DNA from: an uncultured Bacteroidia bacterium
GTDB taxonomy: Bacteria > Bacteroidota > Bacteroidia > Bacteroidales > UBA932
Length of the DNA stretch: 64,000 bases
Assembly (NCBI GenBank): GCA_902780935.1
Contig: CACZHP010000001.1
Span: 129,264-193,263, forward strand
Direction: 5' to 3'
The translations under genes were made by a program, and so were the position numbers. This document shows positions 53,751-62,836 of the stretch, one piece after another. The notes beneath the pieces are model-generated. The model saw only the letters and a program-made list of their open reading frames with translations. It was not told where the DNA came from and did not search any database. Each line of letters opens with the position of its first letter. Positions within the stretch are counted from its first letter, which is position 1.

Positions 53751-55570
53751 GAAGCCGAATTGGGGCCATAAGGGATATGATGCGATCAAGGGGTTGGGAC
53801 GCTGTCATCCTGACAGGGAACGACCCTCATCAGAGCGAGTATTCCGCTCCGAGATGGCATCAGGTCGAGTGGGTGTCCGGTTACACAGGTGAAGGTGATA
53901 TCGTGATCACCGAGGATCATGCGGGACTTTGGACAGACACCCGGTACTTCATACAAGCGGAGAGACAACTTGAGGGAACCGGGATAGAGCTTCATAAGAC
54001 AAGAGTCCAGGACCAAGTGCTCATTCCCGAATGGCTCTCAAGGCAGTTTGAGGATTTCAGCGAGGTTGTTGTCGCTGTTGACGGGCTCGGAGTGAGCGCC
54101 TCTTTCGTGGAGGAGATACGTGGGGCTGTCGGGAAGGACAGAACCGCGGTGGCGAATGTGCCGGACCTGCTCTCTCCTCTTTGGGCGGACCGTCCTGAGA
54201 TTCCGTGTACCCCGATCATCACCTTAGGGACAGAAACCGTGGGGTGGTCCCGTAAGCAGAAAATCGTCTGGTTACGGAAATGGTTGGCAGACAAGGGCTT
54301 TGACGCTATCTTGCTGTCCGCCCTCGACGAGATAGCTTGGACTCTCAATGTCCGCGGGAGTGATGTGGCTTACAATCCGGTTGTCATGTCGTATCTTCTC
54401 GTAACCCTCGACACCGTCCAATGGTTTGTCAGGAAGGGCCCTATTCCGGAAGGCGATCATGAGACCGAAGACAGTTTCTACGAGTTGACCGCGGACGGAG
54501 TCAATATTCAGGACTATTCAGACATAGGGATGGCTCTTGCCGGAATGGTGGATGACGACTACATCAAGAGGCTGTTCGTCGATTCCTCGACACTCAATTA
54601 CAACCTATACGGTATCTTGAAGGAAAACACTCTTAATGAGAACGTTGTGGCCGGAAAATCGCCGGTGGCCCTCCGGAAGGCCGTGAAAAACGAGGTCGAG
54701 ATATCCGGAATGAGGGAGGCTCACCTCGAGGACGGGCTCGCGATGGAGAGGTTTCTCTATTGGCTTGATGCGATGGTTCAGGCCGGAGAGCCGCTCAATG
54801 AATATGAGTGCTCGGCCAAGCTACACGAGTTCCGTTCGGAGATTGAGGGTTTCAGGGGAGAGAGTTTCGAGACGATTTCAGCTTATGGCCCTAACGCCGC
54901 GCTTCCTCATTACGTGACACCCGAAGAAGGTTCCTCCGAGTTGTATTCTAACGGCTTGTACCTTTGCGATTCCGGGGGCCAGTACCTTTTCGGCACGACG
55001 GACATTACCAGGACCGTGCCGCTCGGCCCTTGCTCCCAACTGGAGAAAGAAGACTACACTCTTGTCCTGAAGGGACATATCGCCTTGTCTAAGATTGTGT
55101 TCCCGAAAGGTACGGCCGGATGCCAGATCGATGTTCTCGCCAGGGCTCCGCTTTGGAACTCAATGCGTAATTTCGGCCATGGGACAGGTCATGGCGTCGG
55201 CTTCTATCTGAATGTGCATGAAGGTCCACAGGACATCCGGCAGAGCTTCAACAAGCAAGCAATGCTGCCCGGGATGGTGACCTCGATAGAGCCGGGAATA
55301 TACAGGGAAGGCCGCCATGGGATCCGTCACGAGAACCTCGTCCTTTGTGTTGACGCCGGAGAGAACGACTTTGGCCGTTGGCTTCGCTTCGAGCCTTTGA
55401 CCCTTTGCCATTTCGACACGTCAATCATCGTCAAAGAACTTTTGGACGATTCGGAAATAAAGTGGCTGAACGACTATAACGAGAAAGTCTTCCGCACCCT
55501 ATCGCCACGCCTTTCTCCAGAGATCTCCCAGTGGCTCCGGGGAAAGACTTTGCCGATTAGAAGTAATTAA
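53747..55570 (+). CDS. Xaa-Pro aminopeptidase (M24B) with creatinase N-terminal domains
   Basis: DPHQSEY, LWTDTRYFIQA, SFETIS, DSGGQYLFGTTDITRT, HGTGHGVG, VHEGP, EPGIY, GIRHEN. Confidence 0.93.
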   Translation: MRSRIGAIRDMMRSRGWDAVILTGNDPHQSEYSAPRWHQVEWVSGYTGEGDIVITEDHAGLWTDTRYFIQAERQLEGTGIELHKTRVQDQVLIPEWLSRQFEDFSEVVVAVDGLGVSASFVEEIRGAVGKDRTAVANVPDLLSPLWADRPEIPCTPIITLGTETVGWSRKQKIVWLRKWLADKGFDAILLSALDEIAWTLNVRGSDVAYNPVVMSYLLVTLDTVQWFVRKGPIPEGDHETEDSFYELTADGVNIQDYSDIGMALAGMVDDDYIKRLFVDSSTLNYNLYGILKENTLNENVVAGKSPVALRKAVKNEVEISGMREAHLEDGLAMERFLYWLDAMVQAGEPLNEYECSAKLHEFRSEIEGFRGESFETISAYGPNAALPHYVTPEEGSSELYSNGLYLCDSGGQYLFGTTDITRTVPLGPCSQLEKEDYTLVLKGHIALSKIVFPKGTAGCQIDVLARAPLWNSMRNFGHGTGHGVGFYLNVHEGPQDIRQSFNKQAMLPGMVTSIEPGIYREGRHGIRHENLVLCVDAGENDFGRWLRFEPLTLCHFDTSIIVKELLDDSEIKWLNDYNEKVFRTLSPRLSPEISQWLRGKTLPIRSN

Positions 55571-55575
55571 TATTC

Positions 55576-55850
55576 AATAAAAAGAGATTATCTACATTAT
55601 TGCCGGTCTTTTTGATAACGCTGGCATCTTGTCCTGTTGAGTCGAGGAAAGAGTCTTCAGATTATCCGGAATGGGAATACACTAAAATCAAGAAAGAACT
55701 TGCCGCCGGATGGAACACTTGGGACACCAGAAGTGTGTTCACCCAGGTTTGGAGCGAGGAAGACGGTATGTTCTTCTGCAAGGATTTAAGGAAGGAGTTC
55801 GCCCGGAAGTCAAACAAGCTCCTCATGAAAGACTGGCTTGCCAGAGGCTA
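55576..55850 (+). pseudogene. Collapsed remnant of a lipoprotein glycosidase (trehalase/GH63 MGH1-like)
   Basis: Signal KKRLSTLLPVFLITLASC lacks an ATG (context reads CAAT-AAA-AAG); LAAGWNTWDTRSV N-terminal motif joined to WSEEDGMFF and KDWLARGY; runs into the stop codon of the convergent gene. Confidence 0.55.
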
Positions 55851-56717
55851 CTTCCCTTTTGGGATGGGGATCTCGAACTCGGCGTAAACCGGGTAATGGT
55901 CGGAGATGAACTTGGGACCGAACTTGCCGTCAACAACCTCATATTCCTCAACTTCCGCCTTGCGGAAAAGGATATGATCCGGCCAGCGCACCGAGTCAAC
56001 AGACTTCCCATAGCCATTGTAGGAAGCTCTCGTGTCGGGTTTTTTCAGGGCGAAGTTGGCGTCCTTGGCGTAAGAGACAAGGGGCGAGAGGAGCCTGTCC
56101 TGCGAGGACATCTTGAAGTCCCCGCCAAGGAAAACGACAGCGTCATCCCCGGCTATCTCCTTGATCTTGTCAACCATGAGTTCGGCGCTCCGCCTTCCGG
56201 CGGTCTCTTTGACTGAGAACCGTGTGTTGAAGCAAAAGAAGATGAGCCCGGATTTCTTGTAGCGGAGCTTGACCCAGGTCGCGTTCCTCACGTTGTCAGC
56301 GTCCCAGCCCGGAGTGTCAGCCTCCTGTTTCTCGTTGAGCCAGAAGAAGCCGTAGTCCAGAAGCTCGAACTTGTCGGCCCTGAACATGATGGGGTTCTCG
56401 TTGAACTTGATATCCTGGTCAACATTACCTGGTTTTGAGCTCCGGTCAACGAGCATGTGCTTCTTCATCTCCTTCATGATGTCGGCCTTGTGGTAGGCGT
56501 AGGCCTCCTGCAAGAACAACACGTCCGGATCGAATTTCTTGATAGCCTTGAGGCAGCCCTTCTTGCGGGCTTCCCAGCTGAAATCCCCGGCCTCATCCTT
56601 CTCCTGTCCGTGGATATTGAAGGTCATGAGGCTGAGATCCTCGCTTTTCGCCCCGGCGGTGGCGCCGGACAGAACCAGCGCCACCACGGTGACGACAGAC
56701 AGAAATAACTTTCTCAT
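55848..56717 (-). CDS. Endonuclease/exonuclease/phosphatase family protein, secreted, with altered catalytic motifs
   Basis: MTFNI, LQEA, FELLDYGFFWLNE, SDHYPV; NTRFS and GDFK in place of NTH and GDFN. Confidence 0.85.
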   Translation of the reverse strand: MRKLFLSVVTVVALVLSGATAGAKSEDLSLMTFNIHGQEKDEAGDFSWEARKKGCLKAIKKFDPDVLFLQEAYAYHKADIMKEMKKHMLVDRSSKPGNVDQDIKFNENPIMFRADKFELLDYGFFWLNEKQEADTPGWDADNVRNATWVKLRYKKSGLIFFCFNTRFSVKETAGRRSAELMVDKIKEIAGDDAVVFLGGDFKMSSQDRLLSPLVSYAKDANFALKKPDTRASYNGYGKSVDSVRWPDHILFRKAEVEEYEVVDGKFGPKFISDHYPVYAEFEIPIPKGK

Positions 56718-56737
56718 AACCAAATGGTTCTTGGAAT

Positions 56738-58735
56738 CTATCTGGAGATCTTGGCGACCCAGCCACCGCCGGGAGCCATGTGTATCTGGACTTTACCGTC
56801 AACAGGAAGGTCCTTGGTGACCTTCTTGTAGTCCTGGGCTGCCCTGTGGGCGTTTACGCCATCCTGGAAGATGGTCATCTTACCCCTTCCGATGAAGCCC
56901 AGATCAAGGACGAGATCACGGGCATCCCAGCCGGTGAGGGCTCCCACATACCAGTCGTTGCCCTTGCGGCGGGCGATGGCTACATATTCCCCGATCTTTC
57001 CGCAGACAGGGACGGTCTCGTCCCACGCGGTCGGGAAGGCGGCGATGAAGTCGGTGCACTCGGGCTCGGCCATGTAGTTGGACGGGGAGTCGCAAAGCAT
57101 GGTCAACGGGGCCTCGAAGATAGCGTACTCGGCGAGCTGGCGGCAGCGGGTGCCCTGGCTCATCGGTGAGGAGTTGTTGGGATAGGCCCTGCCCTTCGTG
57201 CAGTTGATCATCGCGCCCTGGGTGTAGTCCATCCTTCCGGCGGCCATCCTGACGAACGGGATGATCACGTCGTAGGTGACCTGGTCATATTCCCTGGCGC
57301 CCCATTTCATCTGCTCCAATCCGGCGACACCCTCGTAGTTGATGATATTCGGATAAGTCCTCTCGAGTCCCGAAGGCTTGAAGGCTCCATGGAAGTCGAT
57401 CATCAAGTGGTACTTGGCGGCTGTCTTGGCGACATTCTCGTAAAAATTCATGACGAGCTGGTCATCGCGGTCCATGAAGTCAACCTTGAAGCCCTTCACG
57501 CCCATCTTTGAGTAGTGTTTGAAAACACCCTCGATGTCTTTTTCAACCGCCTTGTATCCGGCCCAGAGGATGAGTCCGACATTCTTAGATTTCGCGTAGG
57601 CGAGGAGTTCCTTGAGGTCGATCTCAGGCACGATCTGGAAGAGGTCCGTCTTCTTGTTGACCGCCCAACCCTCGTCAAGAATCACGTATTCGATACCGTG
57701 TTTGGAGGCGAAATCGATGTAATACTTGTAAGTCTCGTTATTGATTCCGGATTTGAAGTCCACCCCGTAGAGGTTCCAGTCGTTCCACCAGTCCCAGGCC
57801 ACCTTTCCGGGCTTGATCCAGCTCCAGTCGGCGTCCTTGTCGGCCGGGGTTCCGAGCAGCCAGGTAAGGTCTGAGTTCACCAGATCCTTCTCATCTTCGA
57901 ATATCCCCACAATCCTCCAGGGGAAGCTGCGGCCGGCCTCGGCGGAGGCGATGTAGTCGTGACGGCTCTTGACGACACCCTGAAGCATGTTGTGGCCACC
58001 GATCTCGGTCTTGTCCGGAACGGGAGCGTTGACGCCGTAAAGGGATTTTCCGCCTTTACCGTTAAGGTAGAGACCCGGATAGTCGCGCAAGTCAGACTCG
58101 GTGATCATCACCTTGACCCCGTCGAAAGCGTCCACCACGAGCGGAAGGAAAGCCAGCCTCTTTTTGTCCCATGCTGATAGATTTATGTGCTGGTAATAGT
58201 TCTCAAAAGAGTTAGTAAACTGATCCTCAAATGTTTCCCCGTCCCGGACGTAAGGTACCCAAGCCATCCAGTCCTGAGGGAAATTGAACTCGGCTTTCTC
58301 GCTTTTGACTTTGAACTTGCCTTTCTTCGCTGTGGAGACGAACCTGTAAGCGACGGCGTTGTCGTAAGCGCGGAACTCTATCGAATAGTCCTTGAAGCTT
58401 ATCGCGAGGCAATTGTAGATGTCATCCACGGCCGCTTTCTTGTAAGCGATGGCGGGTATTGCTTTGTCCTCATTCTTCCAGGTATAGGTCTTCTTGACTT
58501 TACCTTCTCCGAAAGTGGACCCATTGTCCAGGACCATGGCTATCTCAGAAGGAGCCAACACGGTTTTTCCTTCGAAAGTGACTGAATATGAAACTTTTCC
58601 GTCAGCCTTTATTTCGGCTTTAATTTTTCCGTTCGGCGAAGTGAGAGTCCAGGACGTCTTCGCGGCAAATGCCGTCAATGGCATGCATATCGCCAAGATG
58701 GCGAAGCACAATAATGTTTTCAGTGTTTTACCCAT
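56738..58735 (-). CDS. GH97 glycoside hydrolase (retaining subfamily), copy 2
   Basis: WIKPGKVAWDWW, YKYYIDFAS, ILDEGW, GFKVDFMDRDDQ, NYEGVAGLE, MDYTQG. Confidence 0.93.
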   Translation of the reverse strand: MGKTLKTLLCFAILAICMPLTAFAAKTSWTLTSPNGKIKAEIKADGKVSYSVTFEGKTVLAPSEIAMVLDNGSTFGEGKVKKTYTWKNEDKAIPAIAYKKAAVDDIYNCLAISFKDYSIEFRAYDNAVAYRFVSTAKKGKFKVKSEKAEFNFPQDWMAWVPYVRDGETFEDQFTNSFENYYQHINLSAWDKKRLAFLPLVVDAFDGVKVMITESDLRDYPGLYLNGKGGKSLYGVNAPVPDKTEIGGHNMLQGVVKSRHDYIASAEAGRSFPWRIVGIFEDEKDLVNSDLTWLLGTPADKDADWSWIKPGKVAWDWWNDWNLYGVDFKSGINNETYKYYIDFASKHGIEYVILDEGWAVNKKTDLFQIVPEIDLKELLAYAKSKNVGLILWAGYKAVEKDIEGVFKHYSKMGVKGFKVDFMDRDDQLVMNFYENVAKTAAKYHLMIDFHGAFKPSGLERTYPNIINYEGVAGLEQMKWGAREYDQVTYDVIIPFVRMAAGRMDYTQGAMINCTKGRAYPNNSSPMSQGTRCRQLAEYAIFEAPLTMLCDSPSNYMAEPECTDFIAAFPTAWDETVPVCGKIGEYVAIARRKGNDWYVGALTGWDARDLVLDLGFIGRGKMTIFQDGVNAHRAAQDYKKVTKDLPVDGKVQIHMAPGGGWVAKISR

Positions 58736-58801
58736 AATTCTTGAATTTTGTGGTCAGAGTGACTCTGAATTGTAAAAATAAACAATTCTAATAAAAATCC
58801 G

Positions 58802-58809
58802 TACATTTG
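58802..58809 (+). promoter_or_regulatory. -7 box for mutS
   Basis: TACATTTG 20 nt upstream of ATG 58830. Confidence 0.6.
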
Positions 58810-58829
58810 TGGTAGTAAAATCTTTTACC

Positions 58830-61475
58830 ATGGCGAAAGGGAAGGCTCCCGAGGACACCCCGCTGATCAAGCAATTCTTCTCTGTGAAGGCACAGTACCC
58901 TGAGGCGGTGCTGCTTTACAGGGTCGGGGATTTTTATGAGTCATATTCTGACGACGCGGTGCTTGTCAGCAAGGTTCTCGGTATCGTCCAGACGCGGAAA
59001 TCCAACGGGGACAAGGGTTATGTCGAGATGGCGGGCTTCCCCCACCACGCTCTGGACACATATCTCCCCAAACTTGTCAGGGCAGGGTACAAAGTCGCTG
59101 TCTGTGACCAGCTTGAGGATCCGAAGTTTGCGAAAAAACTCGTCAAGAGAGGAGTAACGGAGCTTGTCACCCCGGGAATCGCCTTCAATGACCAGCTCCT
59201 CAACCAAAAGGAGAATAATTTCCTGGCCGGACTGTCTTTCGACAAGGATGAGTGCGGGGCGGCTTTTCTGGATGTGTCCACGGGCTCTTTCCAGGTGGCC
59301 CAGGGGTCGTTGGATTATATCGGAACCCTTCTTTCTTCCCTGAATCCCAAGGAGATAGTCGTGCAGAGGGGATATGAGAAAGGCGTTCGCCAAAGATATG
59401 GCGAGAGCCTTTACATTTCCTCCGTTGAGGAATGGGCTTTTGTCTATGAGGCGGCTGTGGAACGCTTGAAAAAGCAGTTCAAGGTGGAGTCCCTCAAAGG
59501 TTTCGGGGTCGAGAGATATCCCCTCGGTATCTGCTCCGCTGGAGCCTTGATGGTCTATCTTGAGCAGACCCAGCACACCGGCCTTGGTAATATCTGCTCA
59601 ATCTCCAGGATCGATGGCGACAAGTTTGTGTGGATGGACAAGTTCACCATGCGAAACCTTGAGCTGCTGGGATCGGCGGCCGGCGGGGAAGGCGTGAGCC
59701 TTGTCTCCGTGATCGACAAGTGCTCTTCTCCTATGGGCTCCAGGCTACTTAGGAACTGGATCGCCATGCCGGTAATGGACGTTAAGGAACTATCTGACCG
59801 TCAGGATGTTGTTGAATATTTTGCGAAGAATGACGAGCTACGGGAGAGTGTCTGTGACCTGATCGGCGGGATAGGCGACCTCGAGAGGATCATTTCCCGA
59901 GCCGCGATGGGAAGAATTGTGCCGAGGGAAGTGATGCAGCTCAGCCGCGGTCTTGAGAGGATGGTACCGGTGTCCGGAATATGCAAGGACAGCGGTGTGA
60001 AGGCTTTAGAGGCCCTCTCCGCTGGCATGAGGGACTGCTCGGCATTGAGGGATGAGATCGTCCGGGTGATGGATACCGAGCCTGCCGCCGCAGTGGGTAA
60101 AGGACCGGTGATCGGAAAGGGCGTCGATAAGGAGCTGGATGAGCTCAGGGACATATCCTCCGGCGGGAAAGACTATCTTCTCAGGCTTCAGCAAAGTGAG
60201 GCTGAAAGAACCGGAATCACCTCTCTTAAAATTGGTTACAACAACGTTTTCGGTTACTATATAGAGGTTCGCAACACTTTCAAAGACCTTGTTCCTCCGG
60301 AGTGGATCCGCAAGCAGACCCTTGTGGGTGCCGAGCGTTACATAACCGGCGAGCTGAAGGAATATGAGGAGAAAATCCTGAGCGCGGAGGACCGGATTTA
60401 CGCTCTTGAGACGAAGATATATTCAGACCTTGTCACCCAGATCCAGAAGAACATAGCGGCCATCCAGGCCAATTGCCGGATAATCGCCAGGATCGATGTC
60501 CTGAGGGGCTTCGCCTCGCTAGCCGTCGATAACCATTACCACCGTCCGGAGATGACCAAGGACTTGACCCTTGACATCAAGGGAGGCCGCCATCCTGTGA
60601 TCGAGACCCTGATGCCCCCGGGCGAGGAATATGTTCCCAACGATGTGTTCCTTGACAGCAAGAGCCAGCAGATCATAATTCTCACTGGACCTAACATGGC
60701 CGGTAAATCAGCCTTGCTCCGCCAGACCGCCTTGATAGTGCTGCTGGCCCAAATAGGATCATTCGTCCCGGCTGAAAGCGCACGTATAGGGTATTTTGAC
60801 AAGATATTCACACGTGTCGGAGCCTCTGACAATATCTCCCGGGGCGAGTCCACGTTCATGGTCGAGATGCTGGAGACTTCCATGATCCTCCATAACTTGT
60901 CTTCCCGATCTCTGGTGCTTCTGGATGAGATCGGAAGGGGAACATCTACCTATGACGGCATGTCGATCGCCAGGGCTATCGTGGAATATATCCATGAATA
61001 TGGCCATGGGGCGAAGACTCTTTTCGCCACCCATTATCACGAGCTCAACGACCTTGAGGAGATTTACCCCAGGGTCAAGAACTTCCATATCGCCGTCAAG
61101 GAAGTCGGTACCCAGGTCATATTCCTGCGCAAGCTCAAGGAAGGCGGTACGGCCCACAGCTTCGGAATCCATGTTGCCCGGATGGCCGGGATGCCGAAGG
61201 AGGTCGTCCAGAGCGCCGAAAAGACTTTGAAGGCTTTGGAAATGAATGATTCAGAGCATCTTGTGAGTTCAAAGAGGGGCCAGCTGAAAAAGCCTGTCCA
61301 GATCAAAGCCGGAACCCTGGAGAGCGACGGCTCTCTCCAGCTGTCTTTCTTCCAGCTCGACGATCCGACCCTCTCCTCTCTCCGGGACCAGCTTTCTTCG
61401 GCTGACCTCAACAACATGACCCCTCTTCAGGCCTTCGACCTGCTGCGCTCGATGAAAGACGAGCTGGGTGTGTAG
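58830..61475 (+). CDS. mutS: DNA mismatch repair protein MutS
   Basis: TPLIKQFF, YRVGDFYE, MAGFPHH, GRHPVIE, TGPNMAGKS, FTRVGASD, STFMVEM, LDEIGRGTST, FATHYHEL. Confidence 0.97.
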   Translation: MAKGKAPEDTPLIKQFFSVKAQYPEAVLLYRVGDFYESYSDDAVLVSKVLGIVQTRKSNGDKGYVEMAGFPHHALDTYLPKLVRAGYKVAVCDQLEDPKFAKKLVKRGVTELVTPGIAFNDQLLNQKENNFLAGLSFDKDECGAAFLDVSTGSFQVAQGSLDYIGTLLSSLNPKEIVVQRGYEKGVRQRYGESLYISSVEEWAFVYEAAVERLKKQFKVESLKGFGVERYPLGICSAGALMVYLEQTQHTGLGNICSISRIDGDKFVWMDKFTMRNLELLGSAAGGEGVSLVSVIDKCSSPMGSRLLRNWIAMPVMDVKELSDRQDVVEYFAKNDELRESVCDLIGGIGDLERIISRAAMGRIVPREVMQLSRGLERMVPVSGICKDSGVKALEALSAGMRDCSALRDEIVRVMDTEPAAAVGKGPVIGKGVDKELDELRDISSGGKDYLLRLQQSEAERTGITSLKIGYNNVFGYYIEVRNTFKDLVPPEWIRKQTLVGAERYITGELKEYEEKILSAEDRIYALETKIYSDLVTQIQKNIAAIQANCRIIARIDVLRGFASLAVDNHYHRPEMTKDLTLDIKGGRHPVIETLMPPGEEYVPNDVFLDSKSQQIIILTGPNMAGKSALLRQTALIVLLAQIGSFVPAESARIGYFDKIFTRVGASDNISRGESTFMVEMLETSMILHNLSSRSLVLLDEIGRGTSTYDGMSIARAIVEYIHEYGHGAKTLFATHYHELNDLEEIYPRVKNFHIAVKEVGTQVIFLRKLKEGGTAHSFGIHVARMAGMPKEVVQSAEKTLKALEMNDSEHLVSSKRGQLKKPVQIKAGTLESDGSLQLSFFQLDDPTLSSLRDQLSSADLNNMTPLQAFDLLRSMKDELGV

Positions 61476-61503
61476 GCTTGTGGTATTATTCCGTCTTTTT
61501 TCT

Positions 61504-61511
61504 TACCTTTG
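61504..61511 (+). promoter_or_regulatory. -7 box for the GT4-yfhO unit
   Basis: TACCTTTG between the mutS stop and ATG 61539. Confidence 0.55.
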
Positions 61512-61538
61512 AAAATTGGTGACAAGCCGGTTTTCTCC

Positions 61539-62834
61539 ATGAGAAGAGTCTTGATTATCACATATTATTGGCCGCCGTCCGGAGGCTCCGGGGTGCAGCG
61601 ATGGGTCAAGTTTGCCAAATACCTTCCGAAAGAAGGTTGGCAGCCCGTCATCTACACTCCTGAGAATCCGGAGCTTACGGCTGTCGACAGAACTCTTGCC
61701 GCCGAGATCCCGCCCGAGGCGGAGGTTATCAAACGTCCGATTTTCGAGCCTTATGGGATCTATCGCAAGCTGATGGGGAAAAAGGGTTCCGGCGAGGTCA
61801 ATCCTATCCATGGGGGCAAAAAGAACTGGAAGCAGAAACTCTCTCTAATGATCCGGGGCAACTTTTTCATCCCGGATCCCAGGGTGTTCTGGGTCAGGCC
61901 CTCCATCCGTTTCCTTAAAGGTTATCTCAAGAAGCATCCGGTTGACGCCATAATCACCACCGGCCCCCCTCATTCCATGCATTTGATAGGTCTCGGACTT
62001 TCAAAGGCCACCCATATCCCTTGGCTGGCCGATTTCAGGGATGCCTGGACCAACATGTTCTATTACAAGTATCTGGGCTTGGGTAAACGGGCGGACGAGC
62101 GGCAGCATGAGCTGGAAAAGGCGGTTTTGGACAACGCCACGATCGTGGTGTCCGTCTCTCCATTTGAGCAGAAGGATTTCCAGAAGATCACCACCAACAA
62201 TGTCCGTCTGATGACAAACGGCTTCGATCCGGACGATTACAAGTCGGAAACAGACTCGGACGATTATTTCAATATCACTCTCACCGGCCTTTTCGCTTCG
62301 GCCGGCAATCCGAAGATTCTCTGGAAGGTCTTGGCAGAGAAGGTCTTGGCCGACCATGAGTTCAAGAATCTTCTCCGGATAAGGCTTATCGGGAAAACCG
62401 ATGCTGAAATCTTGCGCTCTATTGAGGATGCCGGCTTGGGGGAGAATTTGTATTATCCCGGCTACCAGCCGCATGAGGTTGCGGTGCGGGAGCAGCGGAA
62501 CGCCTCTTTCCTCTTGCTGTGCCTCCGTCAGGAGCCGGAATACGCGTCCGCCGTTCCGGGTAAGATTTTTGAGTACCTGGCCTCCCGCCGTCCTATCCTG
62601 GGGATAGGCCAGACGGACAGCATCATGGCGAAAATGATAAGGGACACCGCGTCCGGAGTCGCTTATGACTGGGATGATGAGGAGAGTATCCGCCGGTGGG
62701 TCGATTTCTGCTGGGATGAGTTCAAGAACGGCGAGCTGAAGGACAACACCTCGGACATTTCCCGCTACGACCGGCGGGTCATCACCAGGCAGTTGGCCGG
62801 ATATTTAGATGAAATGACGAGAGACAAACGATAA
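61539..62834 (+). CDS. GT4-family (GT-B fold) glycosyltransferase
   Basis: VLIITYYWPPSGGSGVQRW, IPDPRVFW, TTGPPHSMHL, ADFRDAW, TNGFD, PGKIFEYLA. Confidence 0.88.
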   Translation: MRRVLIITYYWPPSGGSGVQRWVKFAKYLPKEGWQPVIYTPENPELTAVDRTLAAEIPPEAEVIKRPIFEPYGIYRKLMGKKGSGEVNPIHGGKKNWKQKLSLMIRGNFFIPDPRVFWVRPSIRFLKGYLKKHPVDAIITTGPPHSMHLIGLGLSKATHIPWLADFRDAWTNMFYYKYLGLGKRADERQHELEKAVLDNATIVVSVSPFEQKDFQKITTNNVRLMTNGFDPDDYKSETDSDDYFNITLTGLFASAGNPKILWKVLAEKVLADHEFKNLLRIRLIGKTDAEILRSIEDAGLGENLYYPGYQPHEVAVREQRNASFLLLCLRQEPEYASAVPGKIFEYLASRRPILGIGQTDSIMAKMIRDTASGVAYDWDDEESIRRWVDFCWDEFKNGELKDNTSDISRYDRRVITRQLAGYLDEMTRDKR

Positions 62835-62836
62835 AG

